64,000 nucleotides of DNA from the human T2T-CHM13v2.0 reference genome, Homo sapiens. The stretch lies in NCBI RefSeq assembly GCF_009914755.1, contig NC_060944.1; one strand, 5' to 3'. The translations under genes and the position numbers were made by a program. Under the pieces are notes generated by a model. It was not told where the DNA came from, searched no databases, and was given only the letters and a program-made list of their open reading frames with translations. Below, piece by piece: positions 31,791-46,723 of the stretch; positions within the stretch are counted from its first letter, which is position 1; the number at the start of each line of letters is the position of its first letter.

Positions 31791-34623
31791 TTTCTTTGTT
31801 CCTTTTCTTCTTTTCCTTTTTCTGTGAAACTCAAGGATTAATAGGAAGCATGTCCAAAATTCCCTCTAGGAAGAAATTTAGATAGGGACATAAATATATT
31901 TTAGGCATTCTTACTAAGCATTTCCAAATAAGCTTTAAGAGTTTCTTAAGTAATCTTTGATTTTATAGGAAGAAAAAGGGTCAAAGTTTGCTTTCTTCAC
32001 AAACTTCAGTAAACAAATCCCTCTTGTATTAATGAAGAAATTGACTAAACCTACCAATTATCTCACTATTATAAAACATGTCTTGAAAATTTATTAGATG
32101 CAGGCCAAACCATTGAACTCAGACCTTGCCTTTAAGAAGCTTCCATCTAATTAGGATATATCTCAATCTATTGGAGATAATGAAGTAGAAACTAAATTAT
32201 TATTAATTTTAGACACACAAAAGTCATTTCACTTCTGTAAAATGGAAGAAGTAACGTGAAGCTACCTGACTAATGAATGTTGGATAACCAGTTATTGGAG
32301 TGCTTTGTGGAGGTAAAGTAATAACTACAAATAACAATAAAGTTTCACCTTTACTTGCGTATTTTTATGTCACTTTTGCTGAAGAAAAGTGCCTTGACAT
32401 TTTTACTAGTAAAGTTAACTTTTTTGTTATTTTTTAGAGAATAGAAATGGATAAAATAGACAAATTTGATGGATTCTTTGGAAAAATCATTATTGGATTT
32501 ATAGTTATCGGAACGTTTTTGAATATGATCAAACAGTTTAAATTAAGATTCTATTACATGGATAGTAATACACATGGAATTACCTTAAAAGTGATTGTGT
32601 ACTATGTAGAATATCACAATTTTGTAAAATAGTTCTATAGCGAAGTTAAAATATTACTGGATATGCTTATGTAAAATACATGAACACACAGTTGACATAA
32701 ACTAACTTGATGATTGGCCAGAACTGGAATTCCAATTCTTACACCTACCCATCCACCCACATCTATTGGACAAGTGCCTGGTTAAACAGATGGGCCTTGG
32801 GCTGTGCTCTCAAAACAGGCAACCTCCACCTTTATTGAGCAAAACATTGGATGAAAATAGACTATATTGTCTTATTGTGCTACTGAACATGGTAATTTAA
32901 GTGAAGAGCTCCTATTTATTATTGTTGTTGGTTGTTAAAAATACCTTTTTCCTTATGAATGAATATGTGAAAATTGGAGGACAACAGATGGAGTCCCAGG
33001 GAACTGGAAAACCTATAGATAGGGAGGTAATTCTCAGTCAAATATGAAAATAAAAAATCAGCAGGAGTGTGAAATTTCATGTGGTTTTATAAATGCATGT
33101 AGCTAAGATTTTAGAAAATGTTTGGTTTAGCCTACAGACATGGGTTCATCATGAAATTTCTCTTTTCCACTAAAGGGTATGAGACCAAGTAGAATTCTCG
33201 AAGTCTGTCCTCATGCCCCTTCAATAAGTTACCACTTCAAAAGCTACAAAGCTGGATTCAGGGCAGGACCTTAAGTTCTGGCTACCGTCTGCGTAAATAT
33301 CACACACTTACATGTGGTAAAGTCAGAGGGACTTGCAGACCTGAGTGATACTTATGACATCAGAAGTGAGTTTTGTTTATGGTTGATTAATGACATTGCT
33401 ACTTGGGCCATGTTTGTGACAACAGCACTGAGGGCAATTAGCAAGAGCAACAGTTAGACAGTCCCATACTTGGAAGATTATATGAGACTAAATTTGACAC
33501 TCTTAATATTGACATCTCGTAAATAGCATTTGGTCTCTATGTATTTTCATGATATTCTCTTTAATGTAACAACAATCAGTAAACTGTCACATATCTAACC
33601 TCATGGAACTCACATATCTAACCTCATTGAATCATTAACAATGATATTTGCACCTCTTAAATTATGAAATGGGTGGTCTGTGGGCAGCATGCTAAAATTC
33701 AAGTAAAAGACTTCCTACTCCTTTTTCCTAAATTATTTTTTTAGTCTTTTGGTAACTCAGTTTTCACAAAGAAGGGGAGTTTGGTTGCTACCTACTTTCC
33801 CTGTAATACTGCTTGGCTATTTTTCAGTGGCAAGAAATAATTCCTGTGATACTTAAGAACTCTATGGAATAAAGCTCAGTATAGTGTATATTGAATTATG
33901 CTTTCTGGTTATTATATTTGGATAAATTTAGGCATAAGGTTGTTTAATACTTCAGCAGAAACCTGCAATGGAACTTCCTAAAAATTTGACCTTGTGAAAG
34001 AAATCCAAATGGAATTGTTTTATATTTTTTTAGCTCCTATAAATGTGTGTGCGGGGTTAATAAATAAATAGGTAAGAAATAGCACAGCATTGTTTAACGT
34101 TTATTTCTTTCCTCAAAATAAAAAGTTAATAGAAAAAGTAATACATTGTTATTATTTAAGAGTTATTTCTTACTGCAAAATGTTTTGTGATAGCTTTGTT
34201 TCATTGTGTTTAACTTAATTTAAATTACTATAATACTTTTTTGTTACATCGTCCTTTGAAATCATTGAAATTGACTAAATAATATTGTTCTATTCTACTT
34301 GATAAAATGGAGAGCTCAGAAGATTAATTTAGATACAGAATTGAGAATAAAACAGTCTCAATTTGTGCTTAATTTTATTAGAAGGAAATATATTATAAAA
34401 ATAGCCATTTGAAGAGAAAAAAGATAAAAGTAGTGAAATATTTTAATTTTCAAACTCTCATAAAATAGTAATACAGGCTGTCTTTAAATGAAAGTAAATA
34501 TTTTGTGTTTATGTATGTATATGAGACATATGATCATTATTAGCTTTATCTTGAATTACTCTGATATACTATATTTCTTATACATATTATTTAATGTCTT
34601 TTGTTGTGTTTTGTTTTAAACAG

Positions 34624-34653
34624 CAAATGCCAGTCTTCTTGGAGGAGGAGGTG
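34624..34653 (+). CDS. MACROD2: 30-nt internal coding exon of the macrodomain mono-ADP-ribosylhydrolase MACROD2 (probably exon 4)
   Basis: U-rich tract plus AAACAG acceptor (34621-34623), exon CAAATGCCAGTCTTCTTGGAGGAGGAGGTG, consensus GTAAGT donor at 34654. Phase 1-1 translation (A)NASLLGGGG(V) matches the macrodomain motif [22 protein letters not shown] recalled for MACROD2 (MACROD1 has [10 protein letters not shown]). Confidence 0.92.
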
Positions 34654-35659
34654 GTAAGTCCTGAACATCACTTAACTTAAAATACATTTTAATTGTTATA
34701 CCAACTACAAGATATTTAGTAAGTTCTGTGACACTTAAAAGAAAATTAATTTTGCTGTAGTCATCAATTACAAAAATGTTAATCTTTCAAAAATAATTTA
34801 TAATATAAATACCTTGGTTTGCTTAAATGTTATTTTAATTGACTTCGAGATATATACAGTACTCTTCTTGTCAAACTTTGTATTTCTGCTTTTGGCATAA
34901 GGTGTAACAGCTATAAGCTATATGAACACACATGTAATACATGTGTGTACATAGTTACAGAGTAACTATGTACATATTACAGAGTTACTTTTAATATGAA
35001 TTCTAAAACAACAGAACATTTGGAGGCTATGGTTTCTTTTTCCACTATAATGACTTTCTTTTGCTTTTCATGACTTTGTAGCCTGAGAGCTTAATATATC
35101 AGCCACTTACTTTGAAAAATAAAAAAGAAATTACTGTTGACACTCTGCTTTTTCTTTCTGCTCAGTTAGAGGAGAAAGAGAAGGAGATCAAAGTGAGCTG
35201 AGGGAGACAGAGATTCCTGTACTGGGAATTTTTTTGATACTAAAATCTTGTAACTATTTGTATTTTTACTTCTAGGTTAGGAAGATGAAAGCTTTCATAG
35301 TCCCAGTATATATAATATAGTAGGAGAGAAAAAAGTATACGATTAGAACAGAGTCCTTTTCATATAAGGCCCAGATGGACATAACTAGGTTTGTTTCCTC
35401 TTTCCCTGTCACTCTCTTTCTCCCTTCCTTTCTTGCTCTTTCTTTTTTCTTACACACAGTTGAAACAGATAGGATTGTGCAGAGCCTTAGGCTTTCATCA
35501 GGAGGTTTCATTGTAATTTTTATTTGGAAATTAAACATTTAACCTTTGTTTCTCTGTAAGAACAGTTGATTTTTAAAAAACAGAATCTTGAAAATAAGAA
35601 AAATAGAAAAGTGTTTGAACTAGGAAGTGCTCTTCGTATTATCACATGTCAGTGCATGT

Positions 35660-35885
35660 TCTGTACCAGAGTATCATGAAATGAGTGTGGGATTTGAAAT
35701 TGGACTTACTGTGTGGAGACCAGGAAAGCATTACTAAATATCTCCAAGCCTCAGTTACCTCATCTTTAAAGTATGAGGATAATATTAACTATCTAAAGTG
35801 TTTATTGGGAGAATTAAACAAAAATATTTGCCAAGTAACTAAGTAATAGAACAGTGGGGGATTCATAAATGTCTATTTCTTTTCT
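35660..35885 (+). mobile_element. MIR
   Basis: CTCCAAGCCTCAGTTACCTCATCTTTAAAGTATGAGGATAATA core. Confidence 0.65.
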
Positions 35886-36229
35886 TCTTTCCTAAGTTAT
35901 TTTAGAAAATATGAATTTGTAGGATGTTTCATTGCACTTGTTATTTTATTTGGGGGGAACTAGAAGGGAAAATTTTCCTTAGAAGTTGAATTTCCAGTAA
36001 TTTTTTCTCTCTGTCTCTTGTAATAGGTGAAGAAAACATGATTAAGTTAAATTGTCCATAGTGCTGATTTTCTTACAAGATATATTAGTATTTTAAGAAA
36101 CCTCACGAATATTGTTAATAGCATAGAGGAAAGTTAAAATTGAGTCTATGTAAACACATTCATCAACTTAAAACAACAAATTAGGTAGACGATTCAGTTA
36201 TTGCTTTTGAGTATTTCAAAAAATTGACT

Positions 36230-36736
36230 TGACTAATTATATTAGTTAAAATCACTTTGGCCACTATAACAGAAAAAGTAAAAAACATTAAAATCCAAAA
36301 TAACAGTAGTTTAAAGGAGATATAAATGTATTTCTGTCTCATTAAAGGTAGTCTAGATACAGGCTGGAATGGTTGTGTGATGAATCAGAGACTCAGCTCT
36401 TACTTTTCTGTTCTTTCCTAGTGCATGGCTTTCATACTTAGATGACCTCAGGGTACAGGATGGCTGCTGGAGCTCTAGCCATCACAAATATGGCACAGGT
36501 CAGGAGAAATAGGAAAGGCAAAACATGAAAAAAAGTGGGCTCCCAAACATGAGTCAGTTTTCTTTAAGCAGATTTCCCTGGAATCCCACATTGTCTTTGA
36601 ATCTGGACAGTATTCATTCCTAGCATGTAGTCTTTTATTCCAAGAAGCAATGCACTCATCAGAAAAAATTACCGTTCTGTTCACTAAGGAGGAAGGGGAG
36701 AATGGAGGTTGAGGAAAACAGTGTAATGTACCTGCC
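36230..36736. mobile_element. MaLR (MLT1-type) LTR
   Basis: CAAAATAACAGTAGTTTAAA…GATGGCTGCTGGAGCTCTAGCCATCAC…AAGGAGGAAGGGGAGAATGG motifs. Confidence 0.6.
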
Positions 36737-39334
36737 ATGGTGGTTACCTCTATATTGTCAAACTGATTTCTTTAAATATATGTATGTATTGTTGGTGTGT
36801 ATAGAACTGACTCCAGTGATTTGGCTTGTATTTTCTTATGATTCCTCTCTTCTCTGTGAGAAGATTTATGAATTTCTAGCAATGATAAGACATTCAGGAA
36901 TAGGCCAACTCAGTTTTCTATTTAGCTAAAGTCTTTATTTTAGTGACTTCCTCTAGATGGTTGATTTTGCTCAATTTGTCACGATTTATAATTTTTGAAT
37001 AATAAAATTAGCAACTCAGCATCATCATAAAGATAAATTACAAGTATTTAAGATGGTTGTAATTTCTTTCATTAAAGTAGGTCATCGACAGGTTTAAATT
37101 TATTTATGCACTTCTGGAGATGTCAAGATTGCTCTAAAACACGTGTCTGATTTTTGGAAAGCTGCATTTAAAAATTAAATTTAAGGAATATTTTTAGCCT
37201 TCTCTGAGCTGATTTTTGACCTTATGATTCTATGACAAATCTTTTTAATCCTCTCAGTGATATTTGTAAAGTAACAGCTAGTAATCATCTAATAAGAAGC
37301 GATTGAATTGATGTAATTCTCTTGGATTTAATCAAACAATTCCTTTTTTCAACATGAATTAAAATCCCTTCAAAGGTCCATCAAGAGAATAATTTTTTAA
37401 TTGACTAAACAATTTGATCAAGAAAATTTGACACCACATACAAAAATAATAATGGGACCTAAGTCCCCTTCTTTAGATCCTCAGGAGGGCTTCCCCCATA
37501 TTCTATATGAGTAGTACCTGATAGTGAAATGTAGACAAAATTATTGTATGCAAAATTGTATTAGCCATAAAATCTTAGCATTTTGTTGTTCTTTTCTGAG
37601 TGCTTACCACCAATAAGACTGATCCCCTGAAAGACTTAAAAAATGGTCACATATCATCCTCTCAGTGCTGATTTTAAAGTGAGAGATTTACTTTACATTG
37701 ATGTGAATTTTCATCTTTGAGCTAGATATCAATCTTTCTATGAATGTATTGCCACTGACTGCAGTTCATTGTAGTGAGCATAGGTGATGTGATTACTTCT
37801 ACTCAGTCATTTCAGTTAAAATTTGATAACTTTTACCAATTTTACCAATTTGCTTGGTAAAATTGATCACTTCTGTTCATAGTTTCTAGATAGGTTGAAG
37901 GCAGAGACAGTTATGTACTAATTTCTTAATATATAGCTGGTCTATAGTGACTGAATTGTACTTTTCAGGAGGCATTTATATTAATGTTAAAAATCTTTGA
38001 AGTTCCGTTAATTTTTTTGACAAACTTTCCATTATTATTACCAACAGTACCCTGTATATTATTTTACCTGTTGTTATTTTAATGGTTGAGAGAAACTTCT
38101 TCAAAGTTGCATAGCTTATAGGGCAAAGTTGGAATGAGAAGACAGCGTTCTTGACTGCCACTCCAGGGCTCCTTGCCCTGGCACTGTGGTTTTTAACATG
38201 CCTCTGCTCTCCAGGTTTGCTTTTCTATGCAGAGATGGGTAATTCTGTTTACACCAGGAAAAATAAGTGAGAGGACAGGAAAACATACAGTTAAGATACG
38301 GATGTTGCATTCCTTGGCTTATTTTCACAAGTCTCAAGATCTACTGATAGCTTGAAAGTCGATACAATGGCACTGTCTTACAGTACTCTTGGATTGCTGC
38401 CCAGATTCATATACTTTTTTGTGCATTTGAGATTCAGTCTTAGAAAACACTGCATTTCAGATACATGTTCACCCATCTGTAATAAGAATGTTGTACATGC
38501 ACAAGGTCCTGTGATGCTGGTACTTTTGGAATATATAGTAAAATATAAATCATTGTAGCCAGTCTTAAATTACATAAAGAAGTAGAATTAGAAAGAAAAA
38601 TCAGAACTGAAGAGCTAATTCCTCACTTCCTTTTGGATCATTATATAATAGGAACAAAATTTACGGTCTCTTACTTTAGATAATATCTTTTGTTTTTCAT
38701 TGACGTAATAGTTAACACAAAACTAGAACCTGCTGATAGAACCCAAGCAGGATGTTGTTTATGGGATGTGCTTCCTCCTCCAGTCTGTCAAAGCACTTGA
38801 GGGATAATGCTAGACATTTAAAATGACGGTTCCTGACAGAGTGGTAACTTACTGTCTTTTGTACACATAGCTTTATGACTGCCATTTTAATCATATATAC
38901 ATACACAGAGATAAAAAATAAATATATATATTTGCATCAATGCTGTAATTTGATACCTTATTCCTGAGTTGATTCTGTGGCAGGTTAATAGATAAGTACT
39001 GTTGTCTAATAAGCAAGTGCTGTTATCTATGCAGTCAGCCCCAGCTGCAATGCATGCAAAGCCATTTGTCCAACGCGAGAACAGAGAGGACACTGTGAGC
39101 CTTCCCACCTCTGATGGCTTCCTGCTCTCCTTCTGCCCCTTAGAGTAGGCCCAAAGATGGACAAGGTTCAGTGCCTTGTGTTAGTACCTGCTCCTCTAAT
39201 CTCCCTCATTTCTGATTTGGACAGTTCTACTTGCAGAGAGGATTCATTATGCTTGTCTGTTATTAATGTCCCTTCATACAATGAGGCTGTTTGTGTGACA
39301 TACTAAAATTCATGCTTGAAAAGGAATAAAATTA

Positions 39335-39452
39335 TAACCTGGGTGATAGGTGATAGGTGCACCAAAATCTCAGCCTTTGCCATTACACAATTCATCCATG
39401 TAACCATAAAACACTTGTACACCAAAAGCTATTGAAATAAAAAAAAAGAAAA
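39335..39452 (+). mobile_element. Very short L1MA 3' end with polyA
   Basis: TGCACCAAAATCTCAG…CATGTAACCATAAAACACTTGTACACCAAAAGCTATTGAAATAAAAAAA. Confidence 0.75.
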
Positions 39453-40322
39453 AAAGAAGAGTGAAATCATAAACCATGTGCTGTTATATCATAGATAGTA
39501 TTTGTGCATCTCCACACACCCATCATCTGTTTCTAAACACAAGCACACATATGTGCATACATTCATTCAGCAAAGATTAATTGAGTTACTATTGTTTGTC
39601 AGTATTGATTATTGATTGGGCAGTAAACACAGCCTTTTCCCTGTGGCCAATCATGATCCCTGTTCAGCTGAATTACTAGAGCAATTATAGTTGTCTACAT
39701 TCTTTCAGATGTTCCAAGGATTCTGCTGGCATAGTCTTTTGAGTTAAAATGATGCTTTAACATTAATAGAATGGGCATTGGATGTCTTCTTTAAAAGGCA
39801 GAGCAGATATCCTGAAAACAACTAATTTCACAAAAAATCTGAGTTGCTACCTGGAATTCCTAATGTGAAGAGCAATGTGTTTAAAGGGCTTTTTGAGTGT
39901 GTTTAAGAGGGAATGATTTCATAAATTTTGTCTTAAGCATTCACAAGCAGAGTGGAGCGCCCTCTCACCTCCCTCCACATACACAACGGCTTTCCCAGCA
40001 TATATCACTCCAGCGCTCAACATCCTGCAGTGATTCTGTTTCGCTCTTGTTAAACCTCCAGATGTGGCTGGGCTTCAGGCATGCTGGGAGGAATCTAGGA
40101 TAGCAGTCAGCAGGGAGGGACTGAGGCAGTTTACAGAGGGTAGAGTGTTGGGGGTTACCCCTCAGGAGAGTCAGTCAAGCATGGCTAGTAGTGACTTTGC
40201 CAGCTGGCCTGTGCTCAGCAGGGGAGGGGCCCCAGCCATGGGCCTGGGGAACAGCAACAGCCTTTCAGTCCTGAGAGAGCAGCATGGCAGGAGAAACTCA
40301 GGGGCTCTGGCCTTTTTACTCA

Positions 40323-40702
<380 letters not shown>

Positions 40703-40854
40703 TTAGGTGGGATTGATCCTGGGCACTGTGGGCGGATAAGCCTGCTAAAGGAGGCCAGGAGGCCCAGATATGAGGAAGAAGAGGGAAGGTGGTTAGGGAC
40801 CAGGAGCCAGGCCAGGTCTGACAATGCTGAGTTACACACTGAGCCAACCTACCT

Positions 40855-40982
40855 TTGCCCTCCCTCCTTCCCTCCTCCCCGTCTTCTGTCCTCCCTCCCT
40901 CCTGCCTCCCTTCCTTCTTTGCTTTCTTCCTTCCTTTCCCTGTTTCCCTCCTTCCTTCCTTCTTTTCTTTTTGTCTTTCTCA
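40855..40982. repeat. CT-rich polypyrimidine low-complexity tract
   Basis: (CCTT/CCCT)n-like run, directly visible. Confidence 0.85.
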
Positions 40983-43900
40983 GTCAACAGCAACTATTGA
41001 TTACTTCTTGTATACTAGCCTTGAAATCAGTGTAGGTAAGATTCTTAGAACTAAGTGCAGCCAGAGGCATAAGTACTTATTTACACATTAATATTTTAAG
41101 AACTAAATAGGTTCTTCAAGCAGGGAAAATGAAACAGAACAAAGGAAGTCAACAGCTTATAGTGGTCAGGGAAGGCTTCCCAGAAGAGGTGACATGGGAG
41201 CAGTCTTGAATGATGAGTAGTAGTTTTCAGGAAGCAGAAGGTCATGATCTATTCAGATGTATTTCCTACTCTTTGCTGTAGAGATCTTGCTCTGCCATCT
41301 CCTCACTGTTCTGCCATCATATCATCCAGGTCTTGGTTAAGCTGTTTTCTTTGACAGTCCCAGCATGCCACTTAAAATGGAGTGAAAAGTGTTAGGGCAG
41401 AACTGAAGAGAGGAACTCTGGTGCTGGTGATGTGGGTAGCAAACCTCCATCAGAGCAACCTGGGCAAAGTCTGGTGGTCATCGCCAGTGCGAGCTCCTCC
41501 CCGCTTTACTTTCTCTTGTGATTACCTCACCTGCTTCTCAGTCTAGGGACCATCTCTACAGCTGCTCACTCCAGTTGGATTTCTAGTATGTGTTTTCTTC
41601 ATTCCACATGAACTTGTCTAGTTCTTTCTCTTAAAAGTTTAACTTAGCCCTGATTGCTCTAATCTTGCCTGCTTTTTGTCATTAAGCCTTCCAGATGCTC
41701 TTCGTGGTAGAGGAAGGTGAGGTGGGGAGGGTTCAAAATCCAAGCCATGCATCTGCCTTGAACTCTTCTATTGTAATGGCAATTCCAAGGACATAATTTG
41801 TTTATTACACTTCTAACTTTGGTTACTGTGATCCCTTCATTCTAAAACTAAACTTCAAAGTTATTCATCATGTTTACTACACATGCTCCCACTTCTAAGT
41901 GAACCTCCCTGTTGAAAGGGCAACCCTATGCAGATTAAATGCTCCTTCTCATTGTAGCCATACCTGAACCTGGAAGTGTGTATTCCCCAATTAAGGCAGA
42001 AATTTCCTGAGAGTGAGTAATTTCATATTCATCTTTATAGCCCTGGCTTATTCTATCACATATAGTAGGTGCTTTGAGATATTACTGTCTCTCATCCCGG
42101 ATTCTCAACATGTTTATATAGTTCGGTTTTGACCAGTTTACTTTGGAAAGTTAATCTCTTTATCTTCAAGTGATTTCTAAATGAAAAAAAAAAACAAAAA
42201 CCCAAACTTCAGAAATGCTTTTAACAGGCAACCTGAGGATTATATTCATATTTATACAGTAATTATTTTTATCATAGTATTATCTTTTATTTTTAAAAAG
42301 TTTGTATAGCCAGGATCTCATAATTTTCTTTAAATATATTTACTTTAAATGGGCAATAAAGAGAACAATATGTAATTGAATAGATGGGGAATGAAATACA
42401 GAGAATTTACATTCTACAGATCACATGGAAAGAGGGAAAGCCTATTGTTTCATTCATGTTTTACCATATTGAGGGTATTTAACCAGTTATATCATTCTCC
42501 TTTTTCATAGTTTGATTTTAATTTATTAATAATTTGTCTTTTACATACTACAGGTAACTTGTCATTGACATCATATTACTAATATGTATACTAGTGTTAT
42601 CCTACAATACGTTTCTATTTTTTTTTTTAGCTTCAATAATATAGAAAAATTGTATGTGTTGGTGTTCTTAACTGGATACTCTTTTAAGGTCACTTGTTTC
42701 CATTTTACTTTTGATTTTTAGAGTTTGCGTTTTTAAAATGAGTTTTATAATTGGTATGTATTATTTATATTTGTATGTTTCATAATTAACTCTTTTTAAA
42801 AAAATAGAGGTTTAGTCATTCTTTCAGAAAATGTTGAGATTAGCAAATCATGCTCAAAGATAGGAATTAAAGGTTGTAAAGAAAAAGAAATAAAAATAAT
42901 GGAAGCCCTCTTTTCAGATGTGGAAATACGTTGGTAAAAATTCTAGGCTCTTATAAGTTCTCTCACTGTGTTGGGCTAGCTAAATGATACCTAAATGGTT
43001 GGAAGTTCAGATAATATCTATAAACAAATATTTTAAAGTTAGGAAGTACTCTAACAGGTGCCAGGATATGTCTACATATCTTCCTAATTACATAGTAGCT
43101 ATAGTATAATGCTTGTGTAGCTTATCTACTTGCGTTAAAGGTAAAATCTTTTTAAAACTATAAAAAAGAGAAGTTTATTGAGTTCCCGATTTAAATATCT
43201 CTCATCCCCAAAGAATCTCTGAATGTGACTTGTTGGTACACAGTAGGAAACAAGTTTCAAGCAAAATACTGCAGGTCAAGCCTGTTATGTTTTGGGATGA
43301 CTACATTATATTCCTTCAGTTTATGGCACAGAATTGTTTTTTTAACTGTATCTGATGTAGCTCCACAGTAATACAAGGTGGGGCAATTTCTTAGGGAGCC
43401 ACTTTTATAATCTTTTTTGTTTTTGGCACTGTTAAGAATCCTCTTCTTCATTTACCCCTCAAACTGAAGATACTGTAGGGATGAATGAATCTGGCCAGTT
43501 CTTGATGGCAACAAATTCAAGATCTCCAGGGTCCTGTCACAGGCACTGTGGGTCCCTCGGGTTACATGATCCCTTATTGCTGCAGCTCTCTTTGGTCAAA
43601 AGTCATTATTTTTTTAATGAGTTAGGACAAATTTATTGTTTTGTATACTAGTTTCCTGTTCTAAAATGATGGTTATAATGGTACCTAACTACTTTACAGG
43701 TGTGGAATAACTAATTGCCCACTGTAAAATCTTGTTGAACTACAAAGTGTTAGATAAATGAGTATCACTCTACTTGTCATTATTATTAATATTATAGTGC
43801 AAATCTGAAAGATGAAAGTTGCTGGATAATTGCAAGATATGGTGATGGTGTATCCAAATAAAGGGGAATAACCTGAATTGTTGGATAACACAAATCCAGA

Positions 43901-45364
43901 TATCTGTGTGTAGTAGAAGAGTTTGTTTTACAAAAAGATTATATAGATAGCTGTGCTTTAATTAACCCCTCAAAAATCTGAGGATTTTTCCTACAAATAT
44001 GGATAGAGGAATATTCTAACAGTAGTTCATTTCATCGGTATGTATAGTGGTCATCATAAGGAAGCGTCTTTCAAGTATTTAAATGCCCAGAGTAAAAAAT
44101 AATTATATACTAGAGTATGAGGAATTCCAGCTTCATGCAACATTACCAGTCTAGGAGAAGGTGAGCTTAATGTAGTCTTCAGGACAGGACACGTGATGAG
44201 GCCATCTCTTAAGGTATGTGAAAAGAAGCCAGAAGCAGTAGCATTTTTCTATTCAGGCACATGGTTGGCACTGGGGAGGAACAAGGGATCCCACAGAATA
44301 GAGTTAATGGCCCACCCATGTGTATGTCCAGCAGGCAGTCAGGCCTGGAAAAAGAAGTAGGGAAAGAAAAACCTAGCAGAAGCTTAGAGTACACAAGGGA
44401 AGGGTGGTGCTGCAATCTGGAAGGTGACAGGGAAGACCAGGTATCCTCATGGGGACACCTGACCCTGAGTTTAAATGGCAGCAGGAGAGACCTGGCAATA
44501 GTCTGGAGCCCTCTGAGGTCAGTAGATAGACCCCAGGTCTGAAAGGGTGACCCAAGTCAGATTAGCTAAGAGAAGGTTGAGGCTGCTAGAGAATCTGAGT
44601 CTCCAAAACTGGCTTTGAGAGTGGGGCTGAATGGAGCTTATGCATGGGGAGAATCAGTGGATTCAGCTATGAACAACTGGGAGAGAGATGCAAGAAGACT
44701 CAGAAGTGTACAATATTGGGACGTTCTCCAGGAGAAGATGAACAAGAAGTGATGTCTGAGGAGTTGTAGCTAAAATACTCTCTCAGCTTCTGCCACATGG
44801 TTATTTCTGACCAACAAAAAGCTCTCAGAAATAGCCATGAGGGGCACAAAGCCCTCACTAGGCTAAAAATCCACTAACTCTGCAACTTCCTAGATGCTGA
44901 ACACACCAAAGGCCTCACACTTACAAATGTGGTATGATGTCCATGCCTGCAGGGTCAGCTTTGCAGGACAGACCAAAAAGACTTTTACAAAGCTCCAGGT
45001 TTCATTTCTAGCATGATTGGAAAAAGCATAATTTTCTAGTCAGATTTTGTTAAACAAGGAATAATTCTACATCTCCATTAGTACAAAAGCCTTGCTCTGT
45101 CATTAGATTATCTCTACTTAAGAATCTTCTAGCAGGCCTCTCTGCATGCCCTGGATGGTTGGGCACTATCCCTACTGTGTCTCCATCAAAGTCAGTGCAT
45201 TTTCTTAGGTAACTATCTCTCTTTCCTCTAAGATTATAGATTTCACAATGACATGGACTGTTTCTATTGTGTTCACTTGCTGAAACCTCAGAATCTTGTA
45301 GAAAATTTGACATATAATAGGCACCTACCAACTAGCTGTTGGACAGATGGCTAAAGAAATAATG

Positions 45365-45600
45365 GTAATAACTAACGTTTATGGGGTGCTGATCTGTGCC
45401 AGGCACTGTGTAAGAATTGCACATACATTATCTATGTTAATTATCTCAATATTCTGAGTAGATAGATATTATTATTCTTCTCATTTTACAGATGGAAGAT
45501 CAAAAGCTCAGTGAGGTTAGGATGAATAAAATATTGGGCAGACCCAGTATTTAAGCAAAGACTCTCTCCAACTCCAAATCCCCCTTTTAATCATTGTACT
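45365..45600 (-). mobile_element. MIR
   Basis: TGTGCCAGGCACTGTG…CTCATTTTACAGATGGAAGATCAAAAGCTCAGTGAGGTTA. Confidence 0.75.
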
Positions 45601-46723
45601 GTAAGTTCACGAGTTCAAATTAACTTAGTATTACTTATGGGAATAAGGAGTATATTCATGGATTTATATGTCTCTAAACCTTCTTATTCTGATTTTTTCT
45701 GGGCAACAGATTTTCTTCTTTGAATTTCCAACTCATCCTTATGTCTAATTCTCATCCTCTGGAAATAGCTTTACCCCTCAGAGTTATTTCCTGGGAATAG
45801 AAGAATCAGTGGTGCTAAGCTAGGAATTTCTAGGCTTGTCTCTCCTTCTTTCTCAGTTTGAATATGATACAGTATCCGTTATTTAACCTTAATTCTGATA
45901 AAATAGTATTTTCAATAATCAGAAATTCTGAGGATCTTGTTGTATTTATAAATAACAGAAATAAACTATAAAGAAGTCCTCTTTGACTTTTCTCAATTCC
46001 ATTTTTCTTTCACACAGACAATCATTATTCGGTGTACAACTTTTTATTTGTCATAGTTTTATATACATATGTATCTGCAAATAACAGGCAATATTGTTTA
46101 AAAATGTTGCATAAATATATTATGGGCATTCTAAAATTTGTTTTTATTTTATTATTTTGCTAAGCATTGTTTAAAAATGTATTCATGTAGATATAGAAAC
46201 CACTAATTACAAAATGATTACTCTAAGGATACTTTCAGTTTAATTGAGAATGGCTTTATGCCTATAAAATTCCGTTCTGTTTTTGAAAAGTAGCTTTTAG
46301 GAACATATGTACCAGTTATACAAGAATATATCTTCATAGTCCTGGTACAGCTAGTCTTTCTAATGAAGATGATAAAAGTTGGAAAATTTGAAGTATGTAC
46401 AGTATATAGTTTTGGAAGGCAGCAGCAGTACTAAATTTCAACTCCCACAAGTTTAGATGTGCCAGGGTAGTATATCTGGATAATATTTAGATTGGTGCTC
46501 TTAAATCTGTCTAGTGTTTCTTTGCATATATCAAGGAATACCTGTTTTTGGCCTAAAAATTTTATGCCAATCTTTATACCCAAACGCCAATGGTTAATTC
46601 ATCCTTTAAAAAATAATACAAGATAACTTTGATAAAACACCTAGAAAGTTCTTATGTTTGTCTCTTTTCCCTTAAACAGGGAGAAGAACTCTATTACAAG
46701 TATTATCTTAAATATACTCTGAA

